Assembly: GCA_003104935.1 (NCBI GenBank)
Contig: PQAE01000010.1
Coordinates: 77,768 to 141,767, forward strand
DNA length: 64,000 nt
From: Parcubacteria group bacterium
GTDB lineage: Bacteria > Patescibacteriota > Patescibacteriia > UBA1558 > GWA2-36-10
Reading direction: 5' to 3'
The notes under the pieces are model-generated. The model searched no databases. It was not told where the DNA came from and saw nothing but the letters and a program-made list of their open reading frames with translations. How positions within the stretch are numbered: position 1 is the first letter of the stretch; each line of letters starts with the position of its first letter. The translations under genes were made by a program, and so were the position numbers. This document shows positions 1 to 9,385 of the stretch, piece by piece.

Positions 1-1086
1 ATATTGGTTGGAAATTTGATATTCTCCATTGATAATCGCGGCCCCGGCAGTCATCTCAATGTTGGTAAAGTTGGTCGGAGGCACCGGGCCGTCATAGCGT
101 CCGGCTACATCGCTGGGCATAATTGCTTCGGAAAAATTGATCTGCACTACCGCGTTTGGTGCTACTGTAGAGTTTGGGGACGGCATCACCGAAACCACGG
201 TAGGCGGCGTCAAATCCAAAACTGAGCTGACCGTAAAATTCCAACTATAGAGATTAGTGATCGGTACGGCATTTCTGTCAGTTTCGGTCTTGAGACCGTC
301 CAAAACCATCTTATAGCCGGTACTGGCATTATCTACTCCCAGATAAGCGGCCGGATCATTGCGGTCACCAAAAGGATCAAACTGGAAAACCTTTTTATCC
401 AGTGAATAACTAACCTTTAAATCAGCATTGGGTAAGGCCTGATTAGTAGTTAGATTAATCAGTTTTATATTAATGTTTTTAGAATCACAAAGAGTCCCCG
501 GATGGGCGCTGTCACAAAGAATAGCCGGATTGTCCACGATAAAATCCAGCTTCATCGGTTCCTTAAAGGTAACATAAATCATAGTGTTGCGCGGTATGCC
601 CGTCGCACCCCGAGCCGGATAGTGACTTTCCAAAGCTCCAGCCCCCAGACCGGCGCCGCCGCTATAGCCGGGAGGATTACCCGGCCCACCCGGCCCGCCG
701 GTAAAGAAATCGCCTCTGATTACCTGGAATATAAAAAACACCAGGCCGTAGGCCGCCAGGACTATAGCCAAGCCGATAGCGCCGTTGGTGATGATCTTTT
801 TAGCATCAGCAATCTTTTTAGCTTCGCCGCCCGAGGTCATCCATTTAAATCCGCCGTAGATCACGATGACTACTCCGATCACACCCAGAAATCCCAGGAA
901 AACATTGATAATAGTAGCGATCAACGTACGCAAATCAGTGTTGGCCAGGCGCGCCCCTTGCTGTACTAGATCATTGACGCCGTAGTATAGATCGGCGTTG
1001 TCGGCCGCCCGGGCCAAATGCGGCAACAAAAAAATAACTGCCAAAAGTAAAATAATTGTAACAGTTATCTTCCTATTCTTAAGCAT
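1..1086 (-). CDS. Large surface protein (runs off the window edge): TrbC/VirB2-like pilin N-terminus fused to Big_5-like Ig domains
   Basis: Not in the ORF track. My translation from ATG 1086: MLKNRKITVTIILLLAVIFLLPHLARA (signal-like), then IINVFLGFLGVIGVVIVIYGGFKWMTSGGEAKKIADAKKIITNGAIGLAIVLAAY (VirB2-like), then HYPARGATGIPRNTMIYVTFKEPM and DLTPPTVVSVMPSPNSTVAPNAVVQINFSEAI (Ig-like). Confidence 0.75.
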   Translation of the reverse strand, partial: MLKNRKITVTIILLLAVIFLLPHLARAADNADLYYGVNDLVQQGARLANTDLRTLIATIINVFLGFLGVIGVVIVIYGGFKWMTSGGEAKKIADAKKIITNGAIGLAIVLAAYGLVFFIFQVIRGDFFTGGPGGPGNPPGYSGGAGLGAGALESHYPARGATGIPRNTMIYVTFKEPMKLDFIVDNPAILCDSAHPGTLCDSKNINIKLINLTTNQALPNADLKVSYSLDKKVFQFDPFGDRNDPAAYLGVDNASTGYKMVLDGLKTETDRNAVPITNLYSWNFTVSSVLDLTPPTVVSVMPSPNSTVAPNAVVQINFSEAIMPSDVAGRYDGPVPPTNFTNIEMTAGAAIINGEYQISNQY

Positions 1087-1127
1087 GGTAAAAATGTTTA
1101 TTTTTTTTAATTAACTATATTTTATTT

Positions 1128-1565
1128 TCAAATTCCTAATTTTTCTTTAACCAGACGCTGAACCAGCTGTCCGTCAGCCCGACCGCGAGTCTGAGCCATC
1201 ACCTCTTTCATCACTAAACCAAAATTATTGCCTTGGCTGGCGATCGCCTCTTCTACAATTTTAACTATTTCGGCTTCGCCCAAACCGGCCGGCAAGTAAG
1301 CCGCCAAAATAGCGGCCTCGGCTTTTTCTTTGTCGGCCATTTCTTGGCGGCCGCCACTGGAAAAAGCCAGGATAGCATCCTGCCTTTTTTTCAGTTCTTT
1401 TTGGATCACAGCTAAAATATCGGACTCCTCCATAGTGCCCCGCTTGAGCTCGATAGATTTGTTTTGCAGGGCGCTTTTGAGCATACGCAAAGTACTGAGT
1501 TTGGTATCCTCCTTATTTCGCATCGCCTGCTTAAAATCTTTTTCTATATTTTCCGCCAGAGACAT
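1128..1565 (-). CDS. yqeY: GatB/YqeY domain protein
   Basis: KQAMRNKE..LSTLRMLKSAL, KKRQDAI..F..GGR, FGLVMKEVM..GRADG; directly downstream of rpsU as usual. Confidence 0.92.
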   Translation of the reverse strand: MSLAENIEKDFKQAMRNKEDTKLSTLRMLKSALQNKSIELKRGTMEESDILAVIQKELKKRQDAILAFSSGGRQEMADKEKAEAAILAAYLPAGLGEAEIVKIVEEAIASQGNNFGLVMKEVMAQTRGRADGQLVQRLVKEKLGI

Positions 1566-1570
1566 ATAAC

Positions 1571-1648
1571 CTTAGCTAGCTTGTTTATCAATCAATTGCC
1601 TGCTGGCAAGACAGCTGGCGTCGACCGACTGATAAACAAAGAGCGAAG
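1571..1648. repeat. Intergenic palindrome with a nested mini-hairpin
   Basis: TTGTTTATCA (1581-1590) / TGATAAACAA (1630-1639) arms; inner TTGCC-TGCT-GGCAA (1596-1609). Confidence 0.6.
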
Positions 1649-1649
1649 A

Positions 1650-1910
1650 CTATTTTCTAACTTTATTTCCTTTACCGCGCTTAGAGAGCGTAAACTCATC
1701 TAATTTTCCTAAGCGTTTCAAGTAATCTATTTTGTTAGTTAATTTATTGCGCCGCAAAGCTGATTCTTTTAACTCCCGTTTGGTCTTTTTTTTGCCGTAG
1801 AATCGGACTTTTTTGGCCTGTAAAATTTTGCCGCTTTGGATAGTCTTTTTTGTAAATCTGCGAATAAGGGCTTCAAAGGACTCGCCGCCCTTTCTTTTGA
1901 CTTCCAACAC
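1650..1910 (-). CDS. rpsU: 30S ribosomal protein bS21
   Basis: EVKRKGGESFEALIRRFTKK..SGKILQAKKVRFY; GTG start with SD GGAGGTGA. Confidence 0.85.
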   Translation of the reverse strand: MLEVKRKGGESFEALIRRFTKKTIQSGKILQAKKVRFYGKKKTKRELKESALRRNKLTNKIDYLKRLGKLDEFTLSKRGKGNKVRK

Positions 1911-1986
1911 AGTGTTTCACCTCCCGTTCTTTACTAATAATTAAATTAATATTTTTGACAAGCTTTTTAGCTTATTCTTCCCTCTA

Positions 1987-2015
1987 ATAATGACAAATTT
2001 AAGGGACAAAGTCAA
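1987..2015 (-). promoter_or_regulatory. Sigma70-type promoter for rpsU-yqeY
   Basis: TTGACT-17 nt-CATTAT on the minus strand. Confidence 0.55.
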
Positions 2016-2032
2016 GACTTTTTGTCCCGACT

Positions 2033-3361
2033 TTAGACCACGGGCGGTTTGGTCCTGATTTTCAGACTGCGCATAACCTGGCTACTCAGCCGTTTGCGCA
2101 CCTCGGCCTTTATTTTATTAAAATCAACTGTCTCCTGTATGCCGTTTTCCATATCTCTAATAAGTACCGTGCCGTCAGCAATCTCTTTCTGGCCTAAAAT
2201 CAAAGTATATTTGGCATGTTTTTTGCTGGCTACTTCCAATTGGTCTTTCAGGCCCTTTTTGGAGATATTTTCCGCCAGGGAAAATCCGTCCCGGCGCAAA
2301 TCTTCAAATAGTCGCAAAGATTTCTTGCGCGCCTCCACTCCCAGTTGGGCGATATAGAGATCACAATATTTTTCCTTATCAATTTTAATCTGTTTTTCCT
2401 GCATCAAAGCCACTATTCTCTCAATACCCATGGCAAATCCTACCGCCGGCGTAGGACGTCCTCCCAGGAGCTCGACCAGATCGTCAAAACGTCCGCCGCC
2501 GCCCAGAGCACTAGCTTTGCCCTCAGCGCCAGCTTCCACAATTTCCCAGGCGGTCTTGGTATAGTAATCCAGGCCACGAACTATGCGGGAATTAAGATTA
2601 TACTTAATGTCAACTTCTTCCAAATATTCTAAAACGGACATCAGATGATTTTTGCACTCCTCGCAGAGATGATCGACAAATTGCGGAGACTGCTCAGCTA
2701 ATTCCTGACAACGTTTATTTTTGCAATCCAAAAGACGTAGGGTGTTTTTATTTAGCCTTTCCTGGCAATCGCTACAAAGATCTTTCTTATAATCCTGATA
2801 ATAATGTCGCAGAGTTTTCAAATAATTTGGCCGGCAATTACTATCCCCTACGCTATTAATTTGCACCTCTACCTCCAGACCCAGGTCAGTCAGAAAATTA
2901 TGCGACATGATAATCAGCTGAGCGTCAATCACCGGATCCTTATCGCCGATAGCTTCAAAACCAAATTGCCAAAACTGGCGATAACGGCCGGCCTGCGGAT
3001 TGTCATGGCGAAACTGCGGCGCCAGGTAATAGACTTTGACCGGCTGGGGCTGATTGACCATGCCGTGCTCGATGTAGCTACGCGCCACCCCGGCGGTGTT
3101 TTCCGGGCGCAAAGACAACTTATCGCCCCCGGCCGTGACAAAAGAATACATTTCTTTAGAAACAATATCGGTCGCTTCACCGACTGTTCTTTTAAACAGA
3201 TTGGTAAATTCTAAAACCGGCGTGTCCAGACGGGCAAATCCGTAGTTGGCACCCATGAGATCCACATTGTGCCGGATCAGCTCCCAGTAGGGTTGTTCTT
3301 CGGGCAAAATATCTTTCATGCCCTTGACCAGCTGAAACTGCATCTTTTTTGCTTTACTCAT
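2033..3361 (-). CDS. hisS: Histidine--tRNA ligase
   Basis: KGMKDILP, LRPENTA, FRHDNPQAGRYRQFWQ, RGLDYY, GGGRFD. Confidence 0.97.
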   Translation of the reverse strand: MSKAKKMQFQLVKGMKDILPEEQPYWELIRHNVDLMGANYGFARLDTPVLEFTNLFKRTVGEATDIVSKEMYSFVTAGGDKLSLRPENTAGVARSYIEHGMVNQPQPVKVYYLAPQFRHDNPQAGRYRQFWQFGFEAIGDKDPVIDAQLIIMSHNFLTDLGLEVEVQINSVGDSNCRPNYLKTLRHYYQDYKKDLCSDCQERLNKNTLRLLDCKNKRCQELAEQSPQFVDHLCEECKNHLMSVLEYLEEVDIKYNLNSRIVRGLDYYTKTAWEIVEAGAEGKASALGGGGRFDDLVELLGGRPTPAVGFAMGIERIVALMQEKQIKIDKEKYCDLYIAQLGVEARKKSLRLFEDLRRDGFSLAENISKKGLKDQLEVASKKHAKYTLILGQKEIADGTVLIRDMENGIQETVDFNKIKAEVRKRLSSQVMRSLKIRTKPPVV

Positions 3362-3390
3362 AAATATAGTTTGATATTACTCGCTTAATT

Positions 3391-4005
3391 TTAGTAGCTG
3401 GGTAGATTAAAGGTGCTGATGCGGTCAGCCGGCCAACCCCGGAACCAGACCTTGCCGATTATTCGGTCTTTGTTAATCGCTCCAAATTTACGAGAGTCGT
3501 GGCTATTAGTACGATTATCGCCGAGCACATAATATTCACTAGCTTTTAAGGTAATCGCGGCTATATTGTCGTTGGAAAACTTGGCAACATAGGTTTCTTT
3601 GAGCTCCTGACCGTTGACATAAATATGCCCGGAGCGCACTTCCACTTCTTCTCCCGGCAAGCCGATGATGCGCTTGATATAATAGACCCGATCATCAGCC
3701 GGACTTTTAAAAATCACCACCTCGCCTCTTTGGGGCTGATCAAAACGGTAAGATATTTCATTGATGATCAGATATTCCTTGTCGTGAAAATTCGGCTCCA
3801 TGGAAGCCCCCTCCACATAAAAAGGCTGGACTAAAAAAAGCCGGATGGGCACGATGATGGCCAGTGAAATCAAAACTACTTTGACCACCTCAAAAACTAA
3901 AAGGCCCAGTTTCTTGGCCCAGTTATCGGAAGCCACCTGGCCGGCGTCAAATTTGTCTAAGTCTAAATCCTTGTCTGACAGTCCTGGTTTTTGTTTTAAA
4001 TCCAT
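3391..4005 (-). CDS. lepB: Signal peptidase I
   Basis: GASMEP (catalytic Ser), YIKRIIGLPG (Lys), GDNRTNSHDSR. Confidence 0.95.
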   Translation of the reverse strand: MDLKQKPGLSDKDLDLDKFDAGQVASDNWAKKLGLLVFEVVKVVLISLAIIVPIRLFLVQPFYVEGASMEPNFHDKEYLIINEISYRFDQPQRGEVVIFKSPADDRVYYIKRIIGLPGEEVEVRSGHIYVNGQELKETYVAKFSNDNIAAITLKASEYYVLGDNRTNSHDSRKFGAINKDRIIGKVWFRGWPADRISTFNLPSY

Positions 4006-4127
4006 ATTTAATTAGTAAAAATTAGCCAATAATATCAGTATTATACACAATCAAAGCTCTAAAATCAAATGATAAAGGGGGGACGGATCGACCCAAAAAA
4101 AGCCTAAGTGCCGGACACGGAAAATCA

Positions 4128-4156
4128 TTGACTAATAGCCCCTGAACTTGTATAAT
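4128..4156 (+). promoter_or_regulatory. Sigma70 promoter for the LCP-der-pth operon
   Basis: TTGACT-17 nt-TATAAT. Confidence 0.65.
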
Positions 4157-4201
4157 CTAATAACGTTTATTAAGTAATTCCGCTTGTGCTATACTAGAAT
4201 C

Positions 4202-5770
4202 ATGTCGCCAGATTTTTATAAAAGACAAGTTAACCTGCTGGATGAAAACCAGCCGGCAAGTCCCAGCGCTGTGGGTCAGACCCGCGCCCTAGCGGACAGC
4301 GACCACGCTGAACCGGCCCGGCCAAAAACAAGAAAGAGATCGTCCAAAAAAAGGCTCTCTCTCTTTTTCGTTATACTGATCATAATCTTCAGCGTCATCA
4401 CCAGCATTCTTGCGGCGGATAACAATAGTTTTTTTTCCGGCGTAAAAAATAGCTATATCGTCCGGCAGATAATTAACATCGTCAATCCCGGTGAAAAATA
4501 TCTGGCCGGCGAAAAAGAAGACCGGATAAATTTTTTGCTGATGGGCATGGGCGGGCCCGGTCATCAGGGACCATTGCTGACCGACACCATGGTCATCGCC
4601 AGTTTCCAGCCCTCCACGAAGAGAGCGGCTTTATTTTCTATACCGCGCGACATGATCGCGCCGCTAGGCTCCGGAGATTACCGCAAAATTAATTCTATTT
4701 ACAGCGTCGGCGAAGATCGAGGCGAGGGTCAGGGCGGGCTCTTGGCCAAAGAAGTTGTCGGCCGGACTTTTGACATTCCCATTCATTATTATGCCGCCCT
4801 GGATTTTAACGGTTTTGTGGAAGTGATCGACGCTATCGGCGGCGTCAAGGTCGATGTGGAAAAAAGCTTTACTGATAATCAGTTTCCTACCGAGGACTAC
4901 AAATATCAGGAAATCTCCTTTAAAGCTGGCTCACAAAAAATGGACGGACTGACGGCACTGCGTTTTGCCCGTTCCCGCCACGGCAACAACGGCGAAGGCT
5001 CTGATTTTGCCCGCATCAAAAGGCAACAAAAAATTATTATGGCCGCCAAGGACAAGCTAACCTCCTTTAATACCCTGATTAATCCCCAGCGTATCACCAG
5101 TCTCTATAATCTGTTTAATAAATACACCAAAACCGATTTGGAGCCCTGGGAAGCGGTCAAACTAATTCACTTGGCCAAAAGTCTGGACACCCAAAAGATA
5201 ATTACCCAGTCCATCGATGACCGGCCCGGCAATTACCTCAAAGCCGGCATCACAGCCGAGGGGGCCTTTATCCTCCAACCGATCTCCGGAAATTATCAAA
5301 ACATCCAGATGCTGATAAAAAATATCTTTAATATCCAGGATCTGGCTTCGGAAAATGCCAAGATTGTCGTCCAAAACGGCACTAAATCTCCCGGCCTGGC
5401 CCTACAGGCCGTCAATCACCTCAACCAGGTGGGCTATAATGTCCTGCGCTACGGCAATTCTACCGAGCAAGACAAATTAAGCACGGTGATATATAATTAT
5501 AATGATAAAAAGCCAAAAACTCTGGCGTCGCTGGAAGCTATTTTTCAGACCAAAGCCGAGGGCAAAGTGCCGTTGGAATACAGCAGTCCGGTAGTCAGCC
5601 AGAAATGGGATATCCGCGATGAGCACGGCAACTACCTGGATTTGGACTTTCTGATTATTCTCGGTGCGGACCAGGATATAATGCCCGATACGGAAATCAT
5701 CAAAACCATCGACCCCAGCCTGCTCGGCGCTACCAGTAGTACCAGTACTATCAATATAATCGGTAACTAA
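4202..5770 (+). CDS. LCP (LytR-CpsA-Psr) family protein with C-terminal LytR_C domain
   Basis: TM helix, LTDTM, SIPRD, ALRFARSRH, SDFARIKRQQ, VVQNGT..PGLA; ATG 4202 preferred over TTG 4184. Confidence 0.92.
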   Translation: MSPDFYKRQVNLLDENQPASPSAVGQTRALADSDHAEPARPKTRKRSSKKRLSLFFVILIIIFSVITSILAADNNSFFSGVKNSYIVRQIINIVNPGEKYLAGEKEDRINFLLMGMGGPGHQGPLLTDTMVIASFQPSTKRAALFSIPRDMIAPLGSGDYRKINSIYSVGEDRGEGQGGLLAKEVVGRTFDIPIHYYAALDFNGFVEVIDAIGGVKVDVEKSFTDNQFPTEDYKYQEISFKAGSQKMDGLTALRFARSRHGNNGEGSDFARIKRQQKIIMAAKDKLTSFNTLINPQRITSLYNLFNKYTKTDLEPWEAVKLIHLAKSLDTQKIITQSIDDRPGNYLKAGITAEGAFILQPISGNYQNIQMLIKNIFNIQDLASENAKIVVQNGTKSPGLALQAVNHLNQVGYNVLRYGNSTEQDKLSTVIYNYNDKKPKTLASLEAIFQTKAEGKVPLEYSSPVVSQKWDIRDEHGNYLDLDFLIILGADQDIMPDTEIIKTIDPSLLGATSSTSTINIIGN

Positions 5771-5771
5771 G

Positions 5772-7124
5772 ATGGCCGCTCCCATATATAAAGTAGCTAT
5801 AGTCGGCCGAGCCAATGTCGGCAAATCAACTCTTTTTAATCGCCTGATTTCAGAAAAAAAGGCGATTATTTCCGATATTGCCGGCACCACCCGGGACAGA
5901 AACTATGCCGTCTGTCACTGGCGCGACTTAGAATTTTATTTGATCGACACCGGCGGCATGGGAGAAAAATCAAAAGACATCATCAACCAACAGGTCAGCA
6001 CGCAGGCTATCCAGGCCATGGCCGAAGCCGATCTGATATTATTTGTAGTGGATGTACGGGTAGGAGCAACGACTGAAGATAGAATATTAGCCAAGTCTGT
6101 CAACCGGCATAAAACACCAAAAATTCTAGTAATTAATAAGGTAGATAACAACCGCTGGCGGCAAAACAATGATGATTTTTACCGTCTCGGTCTGGAGAAT
6201 CAGGCTTTGGTCTCGGCGGCTAACGGTGTCGGCACCGGCGATCTGCTCGATCAGGTCGTGACCGCCCTAAAAAAAATAAAGAAAAAAAAGTCTAAAAAAA
6301 ATGGCGAGGAAAACATCCGGACCATCAAGGTGTCGGTTGTCGGCCGGCCTAATGTGGGCAAGTCATCGCTAATCAATACTATCCTGGGTGAACCGCGGCT
6401 GATCGTTTCGGACCAGCCGCATACTACGCGCGATTCCCAAGAAATTATTATCACACATAATAAGAATAAGATCATTTTGGTGGATACGGCGGGCATACGC
6501 CGCTGTAGCAAAAAATCCGGCGACGATTTTGAAAAAATGGCCGTGGAACAAAGCTTGGAAAATGTCTGGCGATCAGATATTACCATCTTAGTCACCGACG
6601 TCAGCGAGCCGCTGACCTGGCAAGACAAGCATATTATTGACGAGGTTATCCAACAGCACAACGGCCTGATTATCCTGGCCAATAAATGGGATTTGGTGAA
6701 AAATAAAGATACCAAAGAATACACCAATTATTACCGAGAATTTTTTGGTTTTGCCCGCTGGGCGCCGATTGTCTTCACTTCCACAGTAAAAAAATTAAAA
6801 ATCGGCGAGCTATTGGATTTACTGGTCTTAATTTATCAGGAAAAACACCGGGTGATCACGGACAATGCCCTGAGCAAACTGCTGGCCGACACTATCCGCC
6901 GGCACAAGCCGACCAAGGGCGCCGGCACTAAACATCCCTATATTTATAATCTCAAGCAAACCCGCACCAATCCCCCGGAGTTTATGATCAAGATTAATTT
7001 CAAAGCTATTCTGCACGAATCCTATCTTAAATTTATCGAAAATAACATGCGCTATAAATTCGGCTTTATTGGCGTACCGATTAAAATCCGAGTGGCCAAA
7101 AGCCAAAATTTACAAGATAAATAA
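5772..7124 (+). CDS. der: Ribosome biogenesis GTPase Der/EngA
   Basis: Two GTPase domains (GRANVGKS, GRPNVGKS, DTGG/DTAG, NKVD/NKWD) plus KH-like C-terminus. Confidence 0.97.
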   Translation: MAAPIYKVAIVGRANVGKSTLFNRLISEKKAIISDIAGTTRDRNYAVCHWRDLEFYLIDTGGMGEKSKDIINQQVSTQAIQAMAEADLILFVVDVRVGATTEDRILAKSVNRHKTPKILVINKVDNNRWRQNNDDFYRLGLENQALVSAANGVGTGDLLDQVVTALKKIKKKKSKKNGEENIRTIKVSVVGRPNVGKSSLINTILGEPRLIVSDQPHTTRDSQEIIITHNKNKIILVDTAGIRRCSKKSGDDFEKMAVEQSLENVWRSDITILVTDVSEPLTWQDKHIIDEVIQQHNGLIILANKWDLVKNKDTKEYTNYYREFFGFARWAPIVFTSTVKKLKIGELLDLLVLIYQEKHRVITDNALSKLLADTIRRHKPTKGAGTKHPYIYNLKQTRTNPPEFMIKINFKAILHESYLKFIENNMRYKFGFIGVPIKIRVAKSQNLQDK

Positions 7125-7128
7125 AAAT

Positions 7129-7698
7129 ATGCGACTAATTATCGGTTTGGGTAATCCCGGCGAAAAGTATGCCGGCACTCGCCACAACTTTGGGCAGATG
7201 GTGGTAGATTTTCTGGCCAGTAAAAAACAAATTAGCTGGCACAAAGACAAGGCCCTGCAAGCGCAAACAGCGGATTTTCGCAATGGCACGGAAAAAATTA
7301 TTTTAGCCAAAACTGAGACTTTTATGAATGAAAGCGGCCAGGCCGTCCAGCTCTTAAAAAAATACTATAAATTGCCCAACAATAAAATAATTGTGATTTA
7401 TGATGATATTGATTTGCCGCTGGGTAAAATACGACTATCCAAAGGACGCGGCGCCGGCGGACATAAGGGCGTAGAATCCATCATCGCCTATCTGCATTCC
7501 AAGGACTTTAAACGCCTCAGACTGGGCATCGCTCCCCAGCTGGGACCAGCCGAGGATTTTGTGCTCAAGAAATTCGGCGCGGAAGAAAAAAATAAAGTGC
7601 CGGAAATCATCGACACTTGTCACCTGGTCATAGAATATATACTGAAAAATAACTTTGATCTAGCCGCTAATAAATACAACGAAAAATCTCCTGAATAA
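7129..7698 (+). CDS. pth: Peptidyl-tRNA hydrolase
   Basis: MRLIIGLGNPG..YAGTRHN, FMNESG, GGHKG; real start is ATG 7129. Confidence 0.96.
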   Translation: MRLIIGLGNPGEKYAGTRHNFGQMVVDFLASKKQISWHKDKALQAQTADFRNGTEKIILAKTETFMNESGQAVQLLKKYYKLPNNKIIVIYDDIDLPLGKIRLSKGRGAGGHKGVESIIAYLHSKDFKRLRLGIAPQLGPAEDFVLKKFGAEEKNKVPEIIDTCHLVIEYILKNNFDLAANKYNEKSPE

Positions 7699-7699
7699 T

Positions 7700-7978
7700 T
7701 TTCTTCGTTGAAGTCGCGCCTGGCGCGACAAAATCGAGAAATTAAACAGTTCTCGACTGCGCCGCGTCCTATGCGGCTATGCTCGAACAAAAAAATATTT
7801 TGGGGATTTTTCATCCTGCGTCTCCCGCGAAAGCGGGAGTCCAGAATAGCTCATTTACGCTGGACCCCTGCTTTCACAGGGACTCAATTTTTGCTTTTCT
7901 GGAGCGAAGTCGCGTCAGACGCGACGAGCGATAGAAACTCAGATTCTATCGTCGCGCTCAGCGCGACTCCAGAATAAC
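7700..7978. repeat. Cluster of three REP-like palindromic elements with nested 17-bp palindromes
   Basis: TCGAGAA..TTCTCGA..GCTCGAAC; CTCCCGCGAAAGCGGGAGTCCAG..CTGGAC; TTCTGGAG..GATAGAA..TTCTATC..CTCCAGAA; GTCGCG-N5-CGCGAC at 7713, 7909 and 7951. Confidence 0.8.
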
Positions 7979-7987
7979 GATAATAAT

Positions 7988-8446
7988 TTAGCCTAAGAAA
8001 CCGAAATCCAAACCCAGATAATGAATAACCACCAGTAAAATAAAAAGCAAACGTAAAGGTAGGACAAAATGAATCTTAGTGCGCCAACTTATATAGGTCA
8101 GGAAAATATTAATTAAAAAAAGATAAAACCAAGGAAAGAAAAAAAGCGAACTCAAAACTAATTCGCTTAAGCGGTCACAGAGAGAGTCAATCCGGTAGCC
8201 GCGGATACTTTCACGGTGATAGTGCCTGGCCACTAGCCCGTCCAGCCAGTCAAAGAAAATAGAAATGCCGACCAGTAGAGCGGCCAGCCAAAGATGCCTG
8301 GGCCAAATATAAATCATTATCACTACTACGATCGAGGCAAACGAAATAATGGCCGGATTAATATTGGGCAAAGGAAAAACCGCTAAAGCATCTAAATGCC
8401 GGCGGCCGGTTACTACCCAGGACATTTTGGTAACATCTCTTGGCAT
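7988..8446 (-). CDS. CDP-alcohol phosphatidyltransferase family protein
   Basis: DWLDGLVAR...G..IDSLCDR family motif; hydrophobic. Confidence 0.85.
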   Translation of the reverse strand: MPRDVTKMSWVVTGRRHLDALAVFPLPNINPAIISFASIVVVIMIYIWPRHLWLAALLVGISIFFDWLDGLVARHYHRESIRGYRIDSLCDRLSELVLSSLFFFPWFYLFLINIFLTYISWRTKIHFVLPLRLLFILLVVIHYLGLDFGFLG

Positions 8447-8539
8447 AGTCAGATTGACTATAATCTATCATATTGTGGTCAATTTTTCAATTCAAAAAAC
8501 CACTCCCTATGGAATGGCTTTTTGCTCAAAATATTATTA

Positions 8540-8585
8540 ACCCCTTCGCTCTTCCTCTTGATAAAGGGGAAGATGGGAGGGGGTA
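8540..8585. repeat. Degenerate C-rich/G-rich palindromic repeat
   Basis: CCCCTTCGCTCTTCCTCTTGATAAAGGGGAAGATGGGAGGGGGT; resembles copies at 22327, 25473, 46308 and 52173. Confidence 0.6.
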
Positions 8586-8606
8586 TTAAAAAAGCTGTTT
8601 TAATTC

Positions 8607-9293
8607 CTATAAGTATTTTTTTAAAAAATCTTCCCGCCTCATAGTGGCTAGCGAGATCCCTCTAGGGTCGTCGCCAAAATTTCTTTTTCTTGTTTCCTCG
8701 TCAACCTGGCCTTCCACTTTAAAACCTAAGCGTTCTACTAAACGCGGGTGGCTGGCCACTATCCATGAAGTTCCGACGATATTCTTAATATCCATATTTT
8801 GATCAATTACTTTGGCGACGGCATGAAGACCCTCTCTTAACAATCTTAATTTATCTTTGGTAGCAGTCGTTTCATTTGGCGGTACATGAATATGTAGGCT
8901 GTCCCCTGCTATATTATAAGCCAAAAATTCATTGATACTGGTCATCTCTCCAAATTCTACAAAAACTCTTCGCGAGACTCTTTCAAAATCTGCCGGCCGA
9001 TCATATTTTGTCTGCACAACCGGTTCTAAAATCCCCAAGACTCCCTGTATAAATTGTTCTTTGTCTTCTTCTGTAGCCATATCGTCAATCTTGGTCATTA
9101 AATCCTCTTCCGACTGATTATAAAACTCTTTAAAAAATAAAATGCGCTGTTTTACGTCTTCAGCACGACCGAAACCATTGTCATGACTATCAAATATAAT
9201 TCCTATCCCTCTCCTTAAGCGGTCTGCAAACTCCGCCTTTTCCTGCTCTGACTTATTGATGGGCGATTGTTCTATGGGGTTTTCCGGGTTCAT
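8607..9293 (-). CDS. Hypothetical protein
   Basis: 228-aa ORF with a likely leaderless promoter (TGCTATACT just upstream); no family recognised. Confidence 0.7.
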   Translation of the reverse strand: MNPENPIEQSPINKSEQEKAEFADRLRRGIGIIFDSHDNGFGRAEDVKQRILFFKEFYNQSEEDLMTKIDDMATEEDKEQFIQGVLGILEPVVQTKYDRPADFERVSRRVFVEFGEMTSINEFLAYNIAGDSLHIHVPPNETTATKDKLRLLREGLHAVAKVIDQNMDIKNIVGTSWIVASHPRLVERLGFKVEGQVDEETRKRNFGDDPRGISLATMRREDFLKKYL

Positions 9294-9342
9294 AAATTTA
9301 TAATTTTAAGGCTTTTTTAGTATAGCACAAAAAATGTAAAAC

Positions 9343-9376
9343 AAAAGAGCCCGGCCTTACAGTCGGACTTCTTTTT
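9343..9376 (-). terminator. Intrinsic terminator after rplA
   Basis: Minus strand AGTCCGAC-TGTAAG-GCCGGGCT imperfect stem followed by CTTTTGTTTT. Confidence 0.55.
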
Positions 9377-9385
9377 AAATACTAA

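Noticed and set aside
4-969. Plus-strand ORFs 4..225 and 502..969
   Set aside because: Antisense shadows of the minus-strand pilin-Ig gene
7620-7977. ORFs 7620..7814 and 7708..7977
   Set aside because: Read-through of palindromic repeats with no protein signal
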